Under the pieces are notes generated by a model, which searched no databases, was not told the origin of the DNA, and saw only the letters and a program-made list of their open reading frames with translations. Source: Candidatus Omnitrophota bacterium (GTDB lineage Bacteria > Omnitrophota > Gorgyraeia > Zapsychrales > Fredricksoniimonadaceae). Taken from it: DNA of 57,072 nt. The first letter of the stretch is position 1, and each line of letters starts with the position of its first letter. The translations under genes were made by a program, and so were the position numbers. Positions 27,963 through 37,639 of the stretch are shown one piece after another. The stretch is taken from positions 1 to 57,072 of the forward strand of contig JACQCF010000022.1 in NCBI GenBank assembly GCA_016201795.1, in the 5' to 3' direction.

Positions 27963-28985
27963 ATGGCAAAAACCATAGGCCTAACATATGATTTAAAATC
28001 CGACTGGGTCAAACATGACGACGATCCACCGGATGCCGCCGCCGAGCTCGATGGGCTAGATACCATTAAAACACTTACGAGGGCTTTTGAAAGCGCAGGC
28101 CATCAGGTTGTGCGTATTGGCAATGCCCGCCAGCTGCTGGTCGCCATTGAAAAAGGTCTGAGCGTCGATATGGTGTTTAATATTGCTGAAGGTTATCGCG
28201 GCCGCAACCGCGAAAGCCAGGTGCCCAATATTTTAGAGATGTTTGATATTCCTTTTTGTGGGGCCGATGCGCTCACGTTGGGTATCACCCTTGATAAAGC
28301 CGTGACTAAAAAATGCTGGATAGCCGACGGGGTGCCTACACCCAAGTTTTTCGAAGCCACCCTGTGGGATGATTTAAAGAAACTCAATACCATCGGTTAT
28401 CCTTTGATGGTCAAAACTTCCCAGGAAGGCACCTCCAAAGGCATTACCAAAAATTCCCGTGTCGAGGATTTAGAACAGCTCCAAAGAGAAGTGGAGAGAA
28501 TTTCTACCTTCTATAAACAGGCGGCATTGTGCGAACAATTTATCAGAGGAACAGAATTTACGGTGGCCGTCATCGGCAACGAAGAACCCATTGCCTTGGC
28601 GGTGGTACAATACGCCATGGACGGTGATACGAATATCGGCAATAAGTTTTATACCTATGAGCATGTTGTTAACAAAAGCGTACAGTATCTTTGTCCGGCG
28701 CCGATTGAGGACGGCCTTACTCAAAAACTGCAGCAGATAGCCGTTGCCGCTTACAAGTCCGTTGAATGCCGTGATTTCGGTCGGGTGGATTTTCGCGTGG
28801 ATGAGAAGGGTCGGCCCTTTGCGTTGGAAATTAATCCCTTGCCGAATTTAGGCATGCTGGAAGTCTTCCCCATGTGTGCCAAAGCCCGTGGGATAACATA
28901 CAATCAGTTAATGAACCAAATCCTTGACCATGCTCTGGAGCGCTACGGGCTTCTGGAGCCACAGGAGGTCCTTTCCCGATCATGA
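27963..28985 (+). CDS. D-Ala--D-Ala-ligase-like ATP-grasp enzyme
   Basis: FNIAEG..GRNRESQVP..LE, LDK..TK, EGTSKGI, EQFI.G.EFTV, RVDFR, LEINPLP. Confidence 0.88.
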   Translation: MAKTIGLTYDLKSDWVKHDDDPPDAAAELDGLDTIKTLTRAFESAGHQVVRIGNARQLLVAIEKGLSVDMVFNIAEGYRGRNRESQVPNILEMFDIPFCGADALTLGITLDKAVTKKCWIADGVPTPKFFEATLWDDLKKLNTIGYPLMVKTSQEGTSKGITKNSRVEDLEQLQREVERISTFYKQAALCEQFIRGTEFTVAVIGNEEPIALAVVQYAMDGDTNIGNKFYTYEHVVNKSVQYLCPAPIEDGLTQKLQQIAVAAYKSVECRDFGRVDFRVDEKGRPFALEINPLPNLGMLEVFPMCAKARGITYNQLMNQILDHALERYGLLEPQEVLSRS

Positions 28986-30169
28986 AGACCAGCGCGCTCT
29001 CTATAGATCAAACGTTTTCTGATCAATTCTCACGCCCTAACATACCTTTGTCAGCACAAGAAGAACGCATTTTAGCCTTTTATCCGGGGGCGACTCATGC
29101 CGATTGGGAAGACTGGCGCTGGCAAATCCGCAACCGCATCCGCACCTTAGAGTCGATTCTCAAAATCATGACATTGACCCCTCAAGAAGAGCGCGGGGTT
29201 ATTGGTGCCGGGGATAAATTGACGATGTCGATTCCGCCGTATTTTGCGGCCTTGATTGACTCCGACGATGTTGGCTGTCCGATTCGTTTGCAGTCGGTGC
29301 CACAGGAATATGAGTTTGAAACCGCCCCTGAGGAAATGCGTGATCCGTGCGGGGAAGACAAAGATTCCGTCGTGCACGGGCTGGTGCACCGTTATCCGGA
29401 CCGTGTTTTGTTTCTGGTCAATGAAATGTGCGCCATGTACTGCCGTTATTGCACGCGTTCGCGCATGGTCGGCGACGGCAATCATACGCTTAATACCTCC
29501 ACTTATGATGCAGCGCTCAATTACATTCGCCAACACAAAGAAGTTCGCGACGTGCTTATTTCCGGCGGAGACCCGCTGACCTTGGGCGACCGCATGCTGG
29601 AGTACATTATTTCCTCGGTCAAAGCCATTGCGCACGTGGAATTCGTGCGCATCGGCACGCGCATTCCGGTGACTTTGCCCCAGCGCGTCACTCCGGAACT
29701 GTTGGCCATGTTTAAGAAATATTCGCCGATTTGGATGAGCATTCATTTTAACCACGCCAAAGAAGTAACCCCCAGGGTCAAGCACGCCTGTAACATGATC
29801 GCCGATGCCGGTATCCCCATGGGTTCTCAGACCGTGCTCTTGCGCGGGGTCAATGATAGCTCAGAGGTGATGAAGAAACTTTTCCATGAACTTTTGAAAA
29901 TCCGCGTGAGGCCCTATTACATTTATCAATGCGACCCTATCATCGGTAGCCGGCATTTCCGCACCAGCGTTGAGACGGGTATTAACATCATGCAAAACTT
30001 GCGCGGCCACACCACCGGCTACGCGGTGCCTACCTATGTCATCGACGGCCCCGGCGGCGGCGGAAAAATCCCCATCGGGCCCGAATACGTCGTCTCCCAC
30101 GCCAACGGCCGCTATGTATTGAAGAATTTCGCCGGCGAGCTCTACACCTACGTAGACCCCACCTATTAA
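28982..30169 (+). CDS. KamA-family radical SAM protein (lysine 2,3-aminomutase-like)
   Basis: HRYPDRVL, CAMYCRYCTR, SGGDPL, NQ/SQTVLLRGVND, GGGGKIP PLP-lysine motif. Confidence 0.92.
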   Translation: MKTSALSIDQTFSDQFSRPNIPLSAQEERILAFYPGATHADWEDWRWQIRNRIRTLESILKIMTLTPQEERGVIGAGDKLTMSIPPYFAALIDSDDVGCPIRLQSVPQEYEFETAPEEMRDPCGEDKDSVVHGLVHRYPDRVLFLVNEMCAMYCRYCTRSRMVGDGNHTLNTSTYDAALNYIRQHKEVRDVLISGGDPLTLGDRMLEYIISSVKAIAHVEFVRIGTRIPVTLPQRVTPELLAMFKKYSPIWMSIHFNHAKEVTPRVKHACNMIADAGIPMGSQTVLLRGVNDSSEVMKKLFHELLKIRVRPYYIYQCDPIIGSRHFRTSVETGINIMQNLRGHTTGYAVPTYVIDGPGGGGKIPIGPEYVVSHANGRYVLKNFAGELYTYVDPTY

Positions 30170-30171
30170 GC

Positions 30172-30202
30172 TCAACCCTTAAGCCCAGAGTCGAAAGGTT
30201 GA
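30172..30202. repeat. Short palindromic repeat (CCTGAGC...GTCGAAGG-like family)
   Basis: tcaaccctt-aagcccagagtcga-aaggttga; shares the agtcgaa(a)gg core with 38407-38434. Confidence 0.6.
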
Positions 30203-30226
30203 CAATTCAAACATCTGCACTATAAT
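30199..30226 (+). promoter_or_regulatory. Consensus sigma70 promoter upstream of rpsU-purH
   Basis: TTGACA (30199-30204), 16 nt, TATAAT (30221-30226). Confidence 0.8.
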
Positions 30227-30271
30227 AAATCCGCTTTAGAAACCTTTTTATCTTAGAGAGTTGGGATTTTC

Positions 30272-30433
30272 ATGTTGGAAGTCAAAGTCAACGATAAAAA
30301 CAGTTTTGAAAAGGCCATGCGCCAGTTCAAGAAGCAGTGCCAGAAGGACGGCTTTTTGGTGGAGATCAAAGAACGCCGTTTCTATTCTAAACCTTCCGAC
30401 CGCAAGCGTAAAAAAGGCGGAAAAAAGTTTTAG
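30272..30433 (+). CDS. rpsU: Ribosomal protein bS21 (53 aa, below the ORF-track cutoff)
   Basis: Hand translation MLEVKVNDKNSFEKAMRQFKKQCQKDGFLVEIKERRFYSKPSDRKRKKGGKKF*. Confidence 0.92.
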   Translation: MLEVKVNDKNSFEKAMRQFKKQCQKDGFLVEIKERRFYSKPSDRKRKKGGKKF

Positions 30434-30436
30434 CAT

Positions 30437-31996
30437 GTGATCAAAATTAAACGCGCCCTCATCTCGGTTTCCGATAAAACAGGATTAGCGGAGTTTGCCA
30501 GAGGTCTTCATCAATTAGGAGTGGAGATCATCTCCACCGGTGGCACCGCTTCTCTCTTACGTTCTTCTCATATTGCCGTTAAGGAAGTTTCCGATTATAC
30601 CGGTTTCCCCGAAATGTTAGACGGCCGCGTCAAGACCCTGCATCCGAAGATTCACGGCGGGCTTTTGGCTGTCCGTGATAATCCCGAACATATCAAACAA
30701 CTTAAAAACCAAGGCATTGGTCTTATTGATATGGTGGTGGTCAATCTTTATCCGTTTGAGAAAACCGTTGAAAAGAAAAACGTCAGTCTCGAGGATGCGA
30801 TTGAACATATTGATGTTGGCGGTCCCTCGATGTTGCGCTCGGCCGCCAAGAATTATAAAAGTGTGGCCGTGATTTGCAACCCTGCCCGTTACACGGACGT
30901 CTTAAAAGAACTGAAAAATAACAGCGGCATTCTCTCTGATAAAGTTTTAGTCCATTTAGCCATGGAAGTCTTTGAGCGTACCGGCCAATACGACGGAGCT
31001 ATCCATCGTTTTTTCAATAATCGCTTCCGGGCTGACAATTCCTTCTCGGGTTTTCCCAAAGAGATCCATTTTACTTTTAGCAAAGTTCAGGATTTACGTT
31101 ATGGGGAAAATCCTCATCAACTGGCGGCCTTTTACAGCGACGGTAAAAAGCAAGAAGGCTTGCCTGCGCTCAAACAATTACACGGCAAAGATCTTTCTTT
31201 CAATAATCTTTTGGATGTGCAGGCGGCACTGGACATCGTGCGTGAATTCGATAAGCCCACCGCGGTGGTGATCAAACATAGCAATCCCACCGGTGTGGCC
31301 CAGGATAAAACTTTACAAGCCGCTTACAAAAAAGCTTTTAGCTGTGACAGCCTCTCGGCTTTTGGAGGGATCATCGGGCTTAACCGCCCCCTCGATGCCA
31401 AAACCGCCCGGGCGATTGTCCAAAGCGGTTTCATGGAATGCGTCATTGCCCCTGAATTTGATGAAGAAGCGGTGAAGATTCTTTCACAAAAGAAAAATTT
31501 GCGTCTTCTGGAATTAGATATTTATGGTTTACCCGAGGAGAAATACGATTTTAAGAAAGTCTGCGGCGGGCTTTTACTGCAGGATAAAGACCACCGCCAG
31601 CTTAAAGAAGAAGAGCTTAAAGTCGTCACCACCCTCAAGCCCACCAAAGCCCAAAGAGACGCCATGCTGTTTGGCTGGAAGCTGATTAAACATATCAAAA
31701 GCAATGCCATTGTCTTAGTTAAGGGCACGCAAACCTTGGGCATCGGTGCCGGGGCGACCAGCCGTGTGGATGCAGCTCTTCATGCGATTGCAAAAGCCGG
31801 CCGCAAAGCTCGTGGGGCGGTGCTTGTCTCCGACGCGTTTTTGCCCAAACAAGACACCGTGACCTATGCCGCCAAGGCAGGGATTAAGGCGATTATTCAA
31901 ACCGGCGGGTCCATGATGGATGAGCAGGTGATTAAAGAAGCCAATAAACGCAACATGGTCATGGTTATCACCGGGCTGCGCCATTTCAAACATTGA
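30437..31996 (+). CDS. purH: AICAR transformylase / IMP cyclohydrolase
   Basis: RALISVSDK, STGGT, GRVKTLHP, LRYGENPHQ, KHSNPTG, HIKSNAIV, RHFKH. Confidence 0.97.
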   Translation: MIKIKRALISVSDKTGLAEFARGLHQLGVEIISTGGTASLLRSSHIAVKEVSDYTGFPEMLDGRVKTLHPKIHGGLLAVRDNPEHIKQLKNQGIGLIDMVVVNLYPFEKTVEKKNVSLEDAIEHIDVGGPSMLRSAAKNYKSVAVICNPARYTDVLKELKNNSGILSDKVLVHLAMEVFERTGQYDGAIHRFFNNRFRADNSFSGFPKEIHFTFSKVQDLRYGENPHQLAAFYSDGKKQEGLPALKQLHGKDLSFNNLLDVQAALDIVREFDKPTAVVIKHSNPTGVAQDKTLQAAYKKAFSCDSLSAFGGIIGLNRPLDAKTARAIVQSGFMECVIAPEFDEEAVKILSQKKNLRLLELDIYGLPEEKYDFKKVCGGLLLQDKDHRQLKEEELKVVTTLKPTKAQRDAMLFGWKLIKHIKSNAIVLVKGTQTLGIGAGATSRVDAALHAIAKAGRKARGAVLVSDAFLPKQDTVTYAAKAGIKAIIQTGGSMMDEQVIKEANKRNMVMVITGLRHFKH

Positions 31997-33282
31997 TGAC
32001 AAACGTCAGTCCTCACGAATATCTTCATTCGCTGACGAATTTTGAATCCACTCTGCATAAAGTCACCGCCGGTGATTTTCATTTAGGCAGGGTCTTTGAG
32101 CTTTTGTCTGCTTTAGGAGCTCCTCAACAAAAATTAAAAGTCATTCATGTCGCCGGTACCAAGGGCAAAGGCTCCACCTGCGCGATGATCGCCAGTATCC
32201 TGCAACAGGCGGGTTTGAAGGTGGGGCTTTACACCTCGCCGCATCTGCACCGGGTCAATGAGCGCATACGTATTTTGGATCAGAGCCATCTGCACAGCGC
32301 GGATGATTTCGCCGGCTCTATCAGCGACGATCAATTGGCCAGGACGATTGGCATCGTTCGTCCGGCGGTGGCGGCGATTGAAAACAAAGGAGTTTTCTTG
32401 ACGTATTTTGAAGTCTTAACCGCCATCGCCGCGGTCTATTTTGTCAAAGAGAACGTTGATTTTGTCGTCCTGGAAACCGGTTTAGGAGGACGTTTGGATG
32501 CCACCAATGCTTTTGACTCTCAGATCGCTGTCATTACGCCGATCAGTTTGGACCACACCAAAATTTTAGGTAACGGCTTAAAACAAATTGCCTCTGAAAA
32601 AGCCGGGATCATTAAGAATTCCCGTCAGAAAGTTGTCATCGCCCCTCAAGAAGTGGCGGTCATGGAAGTTCTCAAAGGCCGTTGTGGTGAATTTGGCATT
32701 GAACCGCAGGTGATTCATCCGACTCAATATCAGCATTTGAAACCCGCTTTAAAAGGGGATCATCAAATGATCAACGCGGCGTGCGCTTTAGGCGTGGTCG
32801 ACTATTTAAAACAGCAAGGAGTACCTATTGGCCAGGAGGAGTTGCAAGAAGGCTTAAAAAAAGTGCGCTGGCTGGGTAGGTTTGAAGTGGTCAAAGAAAA
32901 GCCGACCGTGGTGGTGGATGGCGCGCATAATCCAGCCTCCAGCACGGCTTTGGCTAAAACAGTTTTGGATGAATATCCCCGTCGTCGGGTCATTTTGGTG
33001 CTGGGACTTTCGGTGGATAAAGATATCAAAGCTGTCTGTGAGCCGTTAAAGCTCATCAGCGAAAAAATCATCTTAACTAAAGCCAATCATCCAAGGAGCC
33101 ATGTCTTTAACCGTCAAGAGGCGCATGATATTTTTGCAGGCAAGGAATGGTTTTTAACCGAGAATGTGGCGGATGCGTTGTCGTTAGCGCTTGCCAAAGC
33201 TCAAAAAGAAGATGTGATTGTGGTGACGGGGTCATTGTTTGTGGCGGGGGAGGCACGGGCGTGTATCAATTCAAAGGCTTAG
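31996..33282 (+). CDS. folC: Folylpolyglutamate synthase / dihydrofolate synthase
   Basis: HVAGTKGKGST, YTSPHL, ETGLGGRLDATN, EKAGII, DGAHN, TGSLF. Confidence 0.95.
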   Translation: MTNVSPHEYLHSLTNFESTLHKVTAGDFHLGRVFELLSALGAPQQKLKVIHVAGTKGKGSTCAMIASILQQAGLKVGLYTSPHLHRVNERIRILDQSHLHSADDFAGSISDDQLARTIGIVRPAVAAIENKGVFLTYFEVLTAIAAVYFVKENVDFVVLETGLGGRLDATNAFDSQIAVITPISLDHTKILGNGLKQIASEKAGIIKNSRQKVVIAPQEVAVMEVLKGRCGEFGIEPQVIHPTQYQHLKPALKGDHQMINAACALGVVDYLKQQGVPIGQEELQEGLKKVRWLGRFEVVKEKPTVVVDGAHNPASSTALAKTVLDEYPRRRVILVLGLSVDKDIKAVCEPLKLISEKIILTKANHPRSHVFNRQEAHDIFAGKEWFLTENVADALSLALAKAQKEDVIVVTGSLFVAGEARACINSKA

Positions 33283-34664
33283 ACGATACGATTGCTGCTA
33301 TAGCAACGCCGGCGGGCAACGGCGGCATCGGCGTTGTGCGCCTCTCAGGACCTCAAGCCCTTAGTATTTCCGACGACGTTTTTAGTCCCAAAGGAAAGGT
33401 CAAGCCCTCCCAGGCCAAAGGTTTTACGGTTCATTACGGCTGGATCGTTAACACCAACGACGAGGAACAGGCGATGAACGGCGAGATTATCGACGAAGTT
33501 TTGCTGACGGTCATGCGTGCGCCAAAAAGCTATACAGGAGAGGATGTGGTGGAAATTGGCTGCCACGGAGGATGGGCGGTGGTGCGCGCGGTATTGGATA
33601 TTGTTTTAAAGGCCGGCGCTCGTCTGGCGGAGCCCGGAGAATTTACTAAACGCGCGTTTTTAAATGGCCGCATGGATTTAGCCCAGGCGGAAGCGGTACT
33701 GGATATTATCCGCGCCAAGACCGAGGCCTTTGTGCGGGTTAGCCAACATCAATTAAAAGGCCAGTTATCCGACGAGATTGAGAGCATTCGTAAAGTCTTG
33801 ATGAGTGTTTATACGACACTGGAAGCTTTAATTAATTTCCCTGAGGATGATATCGACGCCCAGACCCACGATGATGTTTGCCAGCGCCTGGAAGAACAAA
33901 ATAAGCGCATTCAAACGCTTTTGGCCAACAGTCCAAACGGCCGTTTGCTCAAAGAAGGCATTCGTGTAGTGTTTTGCGGCAAACCCAACGTGGGAAAATC
34001 TTCACTGCTCAATGTGCTTCTTAAAACACCAAGGGCCATCGTCACCGACATTGCCGGTACCACCCGCGACGTTCTTGAGGAGGAAGCGCAGATTAAAGGC
34101 ATACCGTTGCAGCTAGTCGATACCGCCGGTATTTTGAGCCCAAGGGATTTGATTGAACAGGAGGCCGTCAAACGCAGCCACTTGTATATCCAAAGCGCGG
34201 ATTTGGTGCTTTTGGTTTTAGATCATAGCTTGCCCTTGGAAGATCAAGACCGGATTTTAATCGAGCAGTTAAAAGACCGTCCGGTGGTGGTGGTCGTCAA
34301 CAAATGTGATTTACCATCAAGGCTGGAGCTAGCCCATCTGCCTTTTGAAAAAGTGGTGAAAGTCTGCGCCCTGCAACAGCAGGGGATTGATCAACTGGAG
34401 CACGCCATCGTTGAGTCTGTCTGGCAGGGCGAGGTTTCCAACAGCCATGGGATTTTGATCAGCAATTTGCGGCACATTCAGGCGCTCAAGCAGGCAGTGG
34501 TGGAGTTGGAGGCGGCTTGGGGTTTGATGGGCGAGGGCTTATCGTTGGAGTTTATCAGTGAGCATATTAAAGCGGCCGTCAATTGTCTGGATGCGGTTTT
34601 AGGCCGCAACATCGACGAGGATTTGTTAGAAAGCATTTTCAGTGAGTTTTGTATAGGTAAATGA
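33261..34664 (+). CDS. mnmE: tRNA modification GTPase
   Basis: DTIAAIATP, SYTGED, AEPGEFTKRAFLNG, GKPNVGKSSL, GTTRD, C-terminal FCIGK; probable GTG start 33261. Confidence 0.96.
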   Translation: MYQFKGLDDTIAAIATPAGNGGIGVVRLSGPQALSISDDVFSPKGKVKPSQAKGFTVHYGWIVNTNDEEQAMNGEIIDEVLLTVMRAPKSYTGEDVVEIGCHGGWAVVRAVLDIVLKAGARLAEPGEFTKRAFLNGRMDLAQAEAVLDIIRAKTEAFVRVSQHQLKGQLSDEIESIRKVLMSVYTTLEALINFPEDDIDAQTHDDVCQRLEEQNKRIQTLLANSPNGRLLKEGIRVVFCGKPNVGKSSLLNVLLKTPRAIVTDIAGTTRDVLEEEAQIKGIPLQLVDTAGILSPRDLIEQEAVKRSHLYIQSADLVLLVLDHSLPLEDQDRILIEQLKDRPVVVVVNKCDLPSRLELAHLPFEKVVKVCALQQQGIDQLEHAIVESVWQGEVSNSHGILISNLRHIQALKQAVVELEAAWGLMGEGLSLEFISEHIKAAVNCLDAVLGRNIDEDLLESIFSEFCIGK

Positions 34665-35713
34665 GCCATTCGGAATTTCATAACCGCGGGGCGTTAGTGA
34701 ACCCCGCCAATCGGTTTGAGAAAATTTCCTTTGAGCGTGATGAGGAGATTTCCGACGAGGAATATCCTGCACCCAAAACCGAATTTTACAAAGACACTGC
34801 GAAATCCATCATTTCGTATAACGACAGCCCGGATGTGGGTTTCGAGACCAGTTTAAATCCTTACCGCGGCTGCGAGCACGGTTGCGTGTATTGCTACGCC
34901 CGTCCCACGCACGAGTATTTTGGTTTATCATCGGGAGTTGATTTTGAGTCGAAGATTTTTGTCAAAACCGATGCGGCCGAGCTTTTGAAAAAGGAGCTGG
35001 CCAGCCCTAAATGGAAACCGCAGGTCATTGTCATGAGCGGGGTGACGGACTGCTATCAACCATTTGAGCGAAAATTTGAAATCACCCGTCAATGTCTTGA
35101 GGTGTTGTTGGATTTTAGAAATCCCGTGGGGATTATTACCAAAAATAAGCTGGTGACACGCGATATGGATATTTTTAAACAAATGGCCCAGTATGATGGG
35201 GCATGCGTGACTGTTTCGGTCACTACACTTGATCCTGTGCTCGCCCGCGCCATGGAGCCCAGGGCTTCCACGCCGCAGAATCGTCTGGATGCCATTGAGA
35301 CTCTGGCCAAAGCCGGCGTGCCGGTCACCGTTAATGTGGCCCCTATTGTGCCGGGTTTAACCGACCATGAGATCCCTTCTATAATAAAGAAGGCCACTCA
35401 AGCGGGGGCCAGCGGGGCAGGGTATGTGATCTTGCGCCTGCCGTATGCCGTCAAAGACCTTTTTGAGCGCTGGCTGACGGAATATTTTCCTGACCGCAAG
35501 GAGAAGGTCTTAAATCGTATCAAAGAACTTCGCGGCGGCGTGCTTTACGATTCCGGCTTTGGAAAGCGCATGAAAGGCCAGGGGCTTTTTGCCGAGCACA
35601 TTGCTGACCTTTTCGACCTTGCCTGCCGCCGTGAAGGCCTGGATAAAAAGCGTGTTGTCTTATCAGCTAGTTCTTTTCAAAATCCATACCAAAAACAGAT
35701 GACATTGTTTTAA
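34661..35713 (+). CDS. PA0069/Rv2578c-family radical SAM protein
   Basis: GRG-like N-terminus, NPYRGCEHGCVYCYAR, DCYQP, EPRA. Confidence 0.88.
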   Translation: MSHSEFHNRGALVNPANRFEKISFERDEEISDEEYPAPKTEFYKDTAKSIISYNDSPDVGFETSLNPYRGCEHGCVYCYARPTHEYFGLSSGVDFESKIFVKTDAAELLKKELASPKWKPQVIVMSGVTDCYQPFERKFEITRQCLEVLLDFRNPVGIITKNKLVTRDMDIFKQMAQYDGACVTVSVTTLDPVLARAMEPRASTPQNRLDAIETLAKAGVPVTVNVAPIVPGLTDHEIPSIIKKATQAGASGAGYVILRLPYAVKDLFERWLTEYFPDRKEKVLNRIKELRGGVLYDSGFGKRMKGQGLFAEHIADLFDLACRREGLDKKRVVLSASSFQNPYQKQMTLF

Positions 35714-35737
35714 TCTCTTCCCGTCATTTTTTAAATA

Positions 35738-35746
35738 TGTTATACT
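35738..35746 (+). promoter_or_regulatory. Extended -10 element 6 nt before ATG (probable leaderless transcript)
   Basis: TG-T-TATACT then 6 nt then ATG 35753; no SD. Confidence 0.55.
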
Positions 35747-35752
35747 TGCCCC

Positions 35753-37000
35753 ATGTTATTTCGTGAAAAATTCATCCTCAGCGTCATGATCATCGTCGCT
35801 TATGTATTGATGGTTGACCAGACCACGCCCTGGGGGAATCGTTTTTGGGAAGCGTATATTGGTAACGGTGCCCGCTATGCGGTGATGCAAAAAGGCAAGG
35901 TGGGTTATATCAACGGACGCGGTCGTCTGATTATTCCCATCTCTTATAACGACGGTGCGCGTTATTCTCACCAGGGGCTGATTTTGGTTAAATCAGGCAA
36001 CCTCTGGGGGTTTATAGATCACGACGGGCAAATGGTCATTGCGGCCCAATACAGTTGGGCCAAAGACTTTTCTGATGGGTTGGCCGTGGTGTCCCGCAAA
36101 TACCCCAAAAAATTCCTTCCCTTTTACGGCTTTATTAATGAAAAAGGCGATGAGGTGATCCCTCTGCAATACATGCAAGCCAGAAGTTTCACCTCGGACG
36201 GTCTGGCGGCGGTTAAAAAGGATTTACGGTGGGGTTATATTAATACTCACGGCGATTTGTTGATTACCCCTGTTTATGAAGAGACCGGTGATTTCCATCA
36301 AAACATGGCCGCCGTTAAACAAAATGGGAAATGGGGCTATATCAATTTTGCCGGCCGCATGATGATTTCACTGCAGTTTGATGAGGCAGGTGATTTCTCC
36401 GACGGGATTGCCCCTGTCAAACACAACGGCCTTTGGGGATATATCGGCCTTGATGGGCGCTTTGTTGTACTACCTTCCTATAGAGAAGCTCACGCTTTGT
36501 CCGAGGGCCTGGGCCTGGTCAAAGGCTACAATCAAATTGGATTTGTGGATAAGAAAGGGGAGATTGTTTTTCACAGAGCGGATTGGTTTGAAGCCAGGGA
36601 TTTCTATGACGGTTTGGCGGCGGTTAAGGTAAGCTCTAAAGTCAAAAGGCGCTCTGTCGGCCGATGGGGTTATATGGACACCCAAGGCCGTTTTGTCATT
36701 GCCCCGCAATTCGATTGGGCCTGGGAATTTAACGGCGGCCTGGCGCGCGTGGGGTTTGAGAAAAACGATATCCGACGGGGCTATGTCAATAAAGGTGGGC
36801 ATATGATCTGGGATCCGGCCGACTGGCAGCAGAGCACGTATTTTCGTCAAAGTGTTTTGATGGCGATAGGGTTAGGGTTTTTGTTTTATGTGTTTTATCT
36901 TCTGAATTATTTACGCCAGCGAAAACATTCAAAAAGCACAACCCCCACCAGCCAGACATCCCCCGCTAAGCCTAGCGGGAATTCATCTGCTGTTGCATGA
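35753..37000 (+). CDS. WG (KWG) repeat protein with hydrophobic segments at both ends
   Basis: Repeated K.GKWGYI/GFID..G...I...Y..A..F..GLA units. Confidence 0.88.
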   Translation: MLFREKFILSVMIIVAYVLMVDQTTPWGNRFWEAYIGNGARYAVMQKGKVGYINGRGRLIIPISYNDGARYSHQGLILVKSGNLWGFIDHDGQMVIAAQYSWAKDFSDGLAVVSRKYPKKFLPFYGFINEKGDEVIPLQYMQARSFTSDGLAAVKKDLRWGYINTHGDLLITPVYEETGDFHQNMAAVKQNGKWGYINFAGRMMISLQFDEAGDFSDGIAPVKHNGLWGYIGLDGRFVVLPSYREAHALSEGLGLVKGYNQIGFVDKKGEIVFHRADWFEARDFYDGLAAVKVSSKVKRRSVGRWGYMDTQGRFVIAPQFDWAWEFNGGLARVGFEKNDIRRGYVNKGGHMIWDPADWQQSTYFRQSVLMAIGLGFLFYVFYLLNYLRQRKHSKSTTPTSQTSPAKPSGNSSAVA

Positions 37001-37634
37001 GCTGTTTATAAACCATCACTATCTTTTTAATCATTTGAGGGTCTTGGGTTAAAGCCATGATTTTGGGATTGGACATCAGGGCCGTGAAGTCCTTTTGGCG
37101 TATGGCTTGGGTGATCTGCGGGTCATGGATAATGTCTTGAACGCGTTTGTCCTTAGCGAGGGCTCGAAGATCGTCCTGGGGGGAAGGTTTATCCAGCCCG
37201 GCCATATCCCAAGGTTTAATCAAATGGTAGATTTTTGATTGATGGATGTCTTTGTACATCGCTTGCAGGGGGCCGTTGATCGACGGTATCAGGGCTAAAA
37301 GCAGCAGGGTAATAATGATCATAATCAGGCCCCAGGCCAAGGTCAACAAAGCCCCGCCAATACGGCTGGCCGGGCTTAATTTTCCTTCAGGGTTGGTCAT
37401 CTGCTTCCAGGAACGCAGCAGCCATCGAAATATCCACGCCAGAATAAAAGGACCTAAAAGGCCGATCAACAGGCTGATAAGAATACCTTTGGTGAGAATA
37501 TAATAGACGACACTGACGACGGTGGCGATGATTAGAGCCAGAGGCCCCAGCATCGATCCCAGGAATCCACGGCTGGCACCGCGCCAGATAAGAAACCCGC
37601 TGCAGATAAGTACGATGATGTCTGTCCAGTTCAT
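36972..37634 (-). CDS. CvpA-family membrane protein
   Basis: NWTDIIV......WRG..RGF, R.GG.L...AWG; probable start MNWTD at 37634. Confidence 0.78.
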   Translation of the reverse strand: MNWTDIIVLICSGFLIWRGASRGFLGSMLGPLALIIATVVSVVYYILTKGILISLLIGLLGPFILAWIFRWLLRSWKQMTNPEGKLSPASRIGGALLTLAWGLIMIIITLLLLALIPSINGPLQAMYKDIHQSKIYHLIKPWDMAGLDKPSPQDDLRALAKDKRVQDIIHDPQITQAIRQKDFTALMSNPKIMALTQDPQMIKKIVMVYKQLMQQQMNSR

Positions 37635-37639
37635 AAAAA

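Noticed and set aside
27963-28985. Calling this gene ddl
   Set aside because: Lacks the Ddl N-terminal GG.S.E motif, is not in a cell-wall cluster and is coupled to KamA
30248-30436. 62-aa minus-strand ORF in the track
   Set aside because: Antisense shadow of rpsU, which has a clear bS21 sequence and promoter on the + strand
33455-33485. Short extra segment in MnmE (TNDEEQAMNGE) possibly derived from 7-bp repeats
   Set aside because: Only two of four putative units resemble a consensus; too degenerate to support
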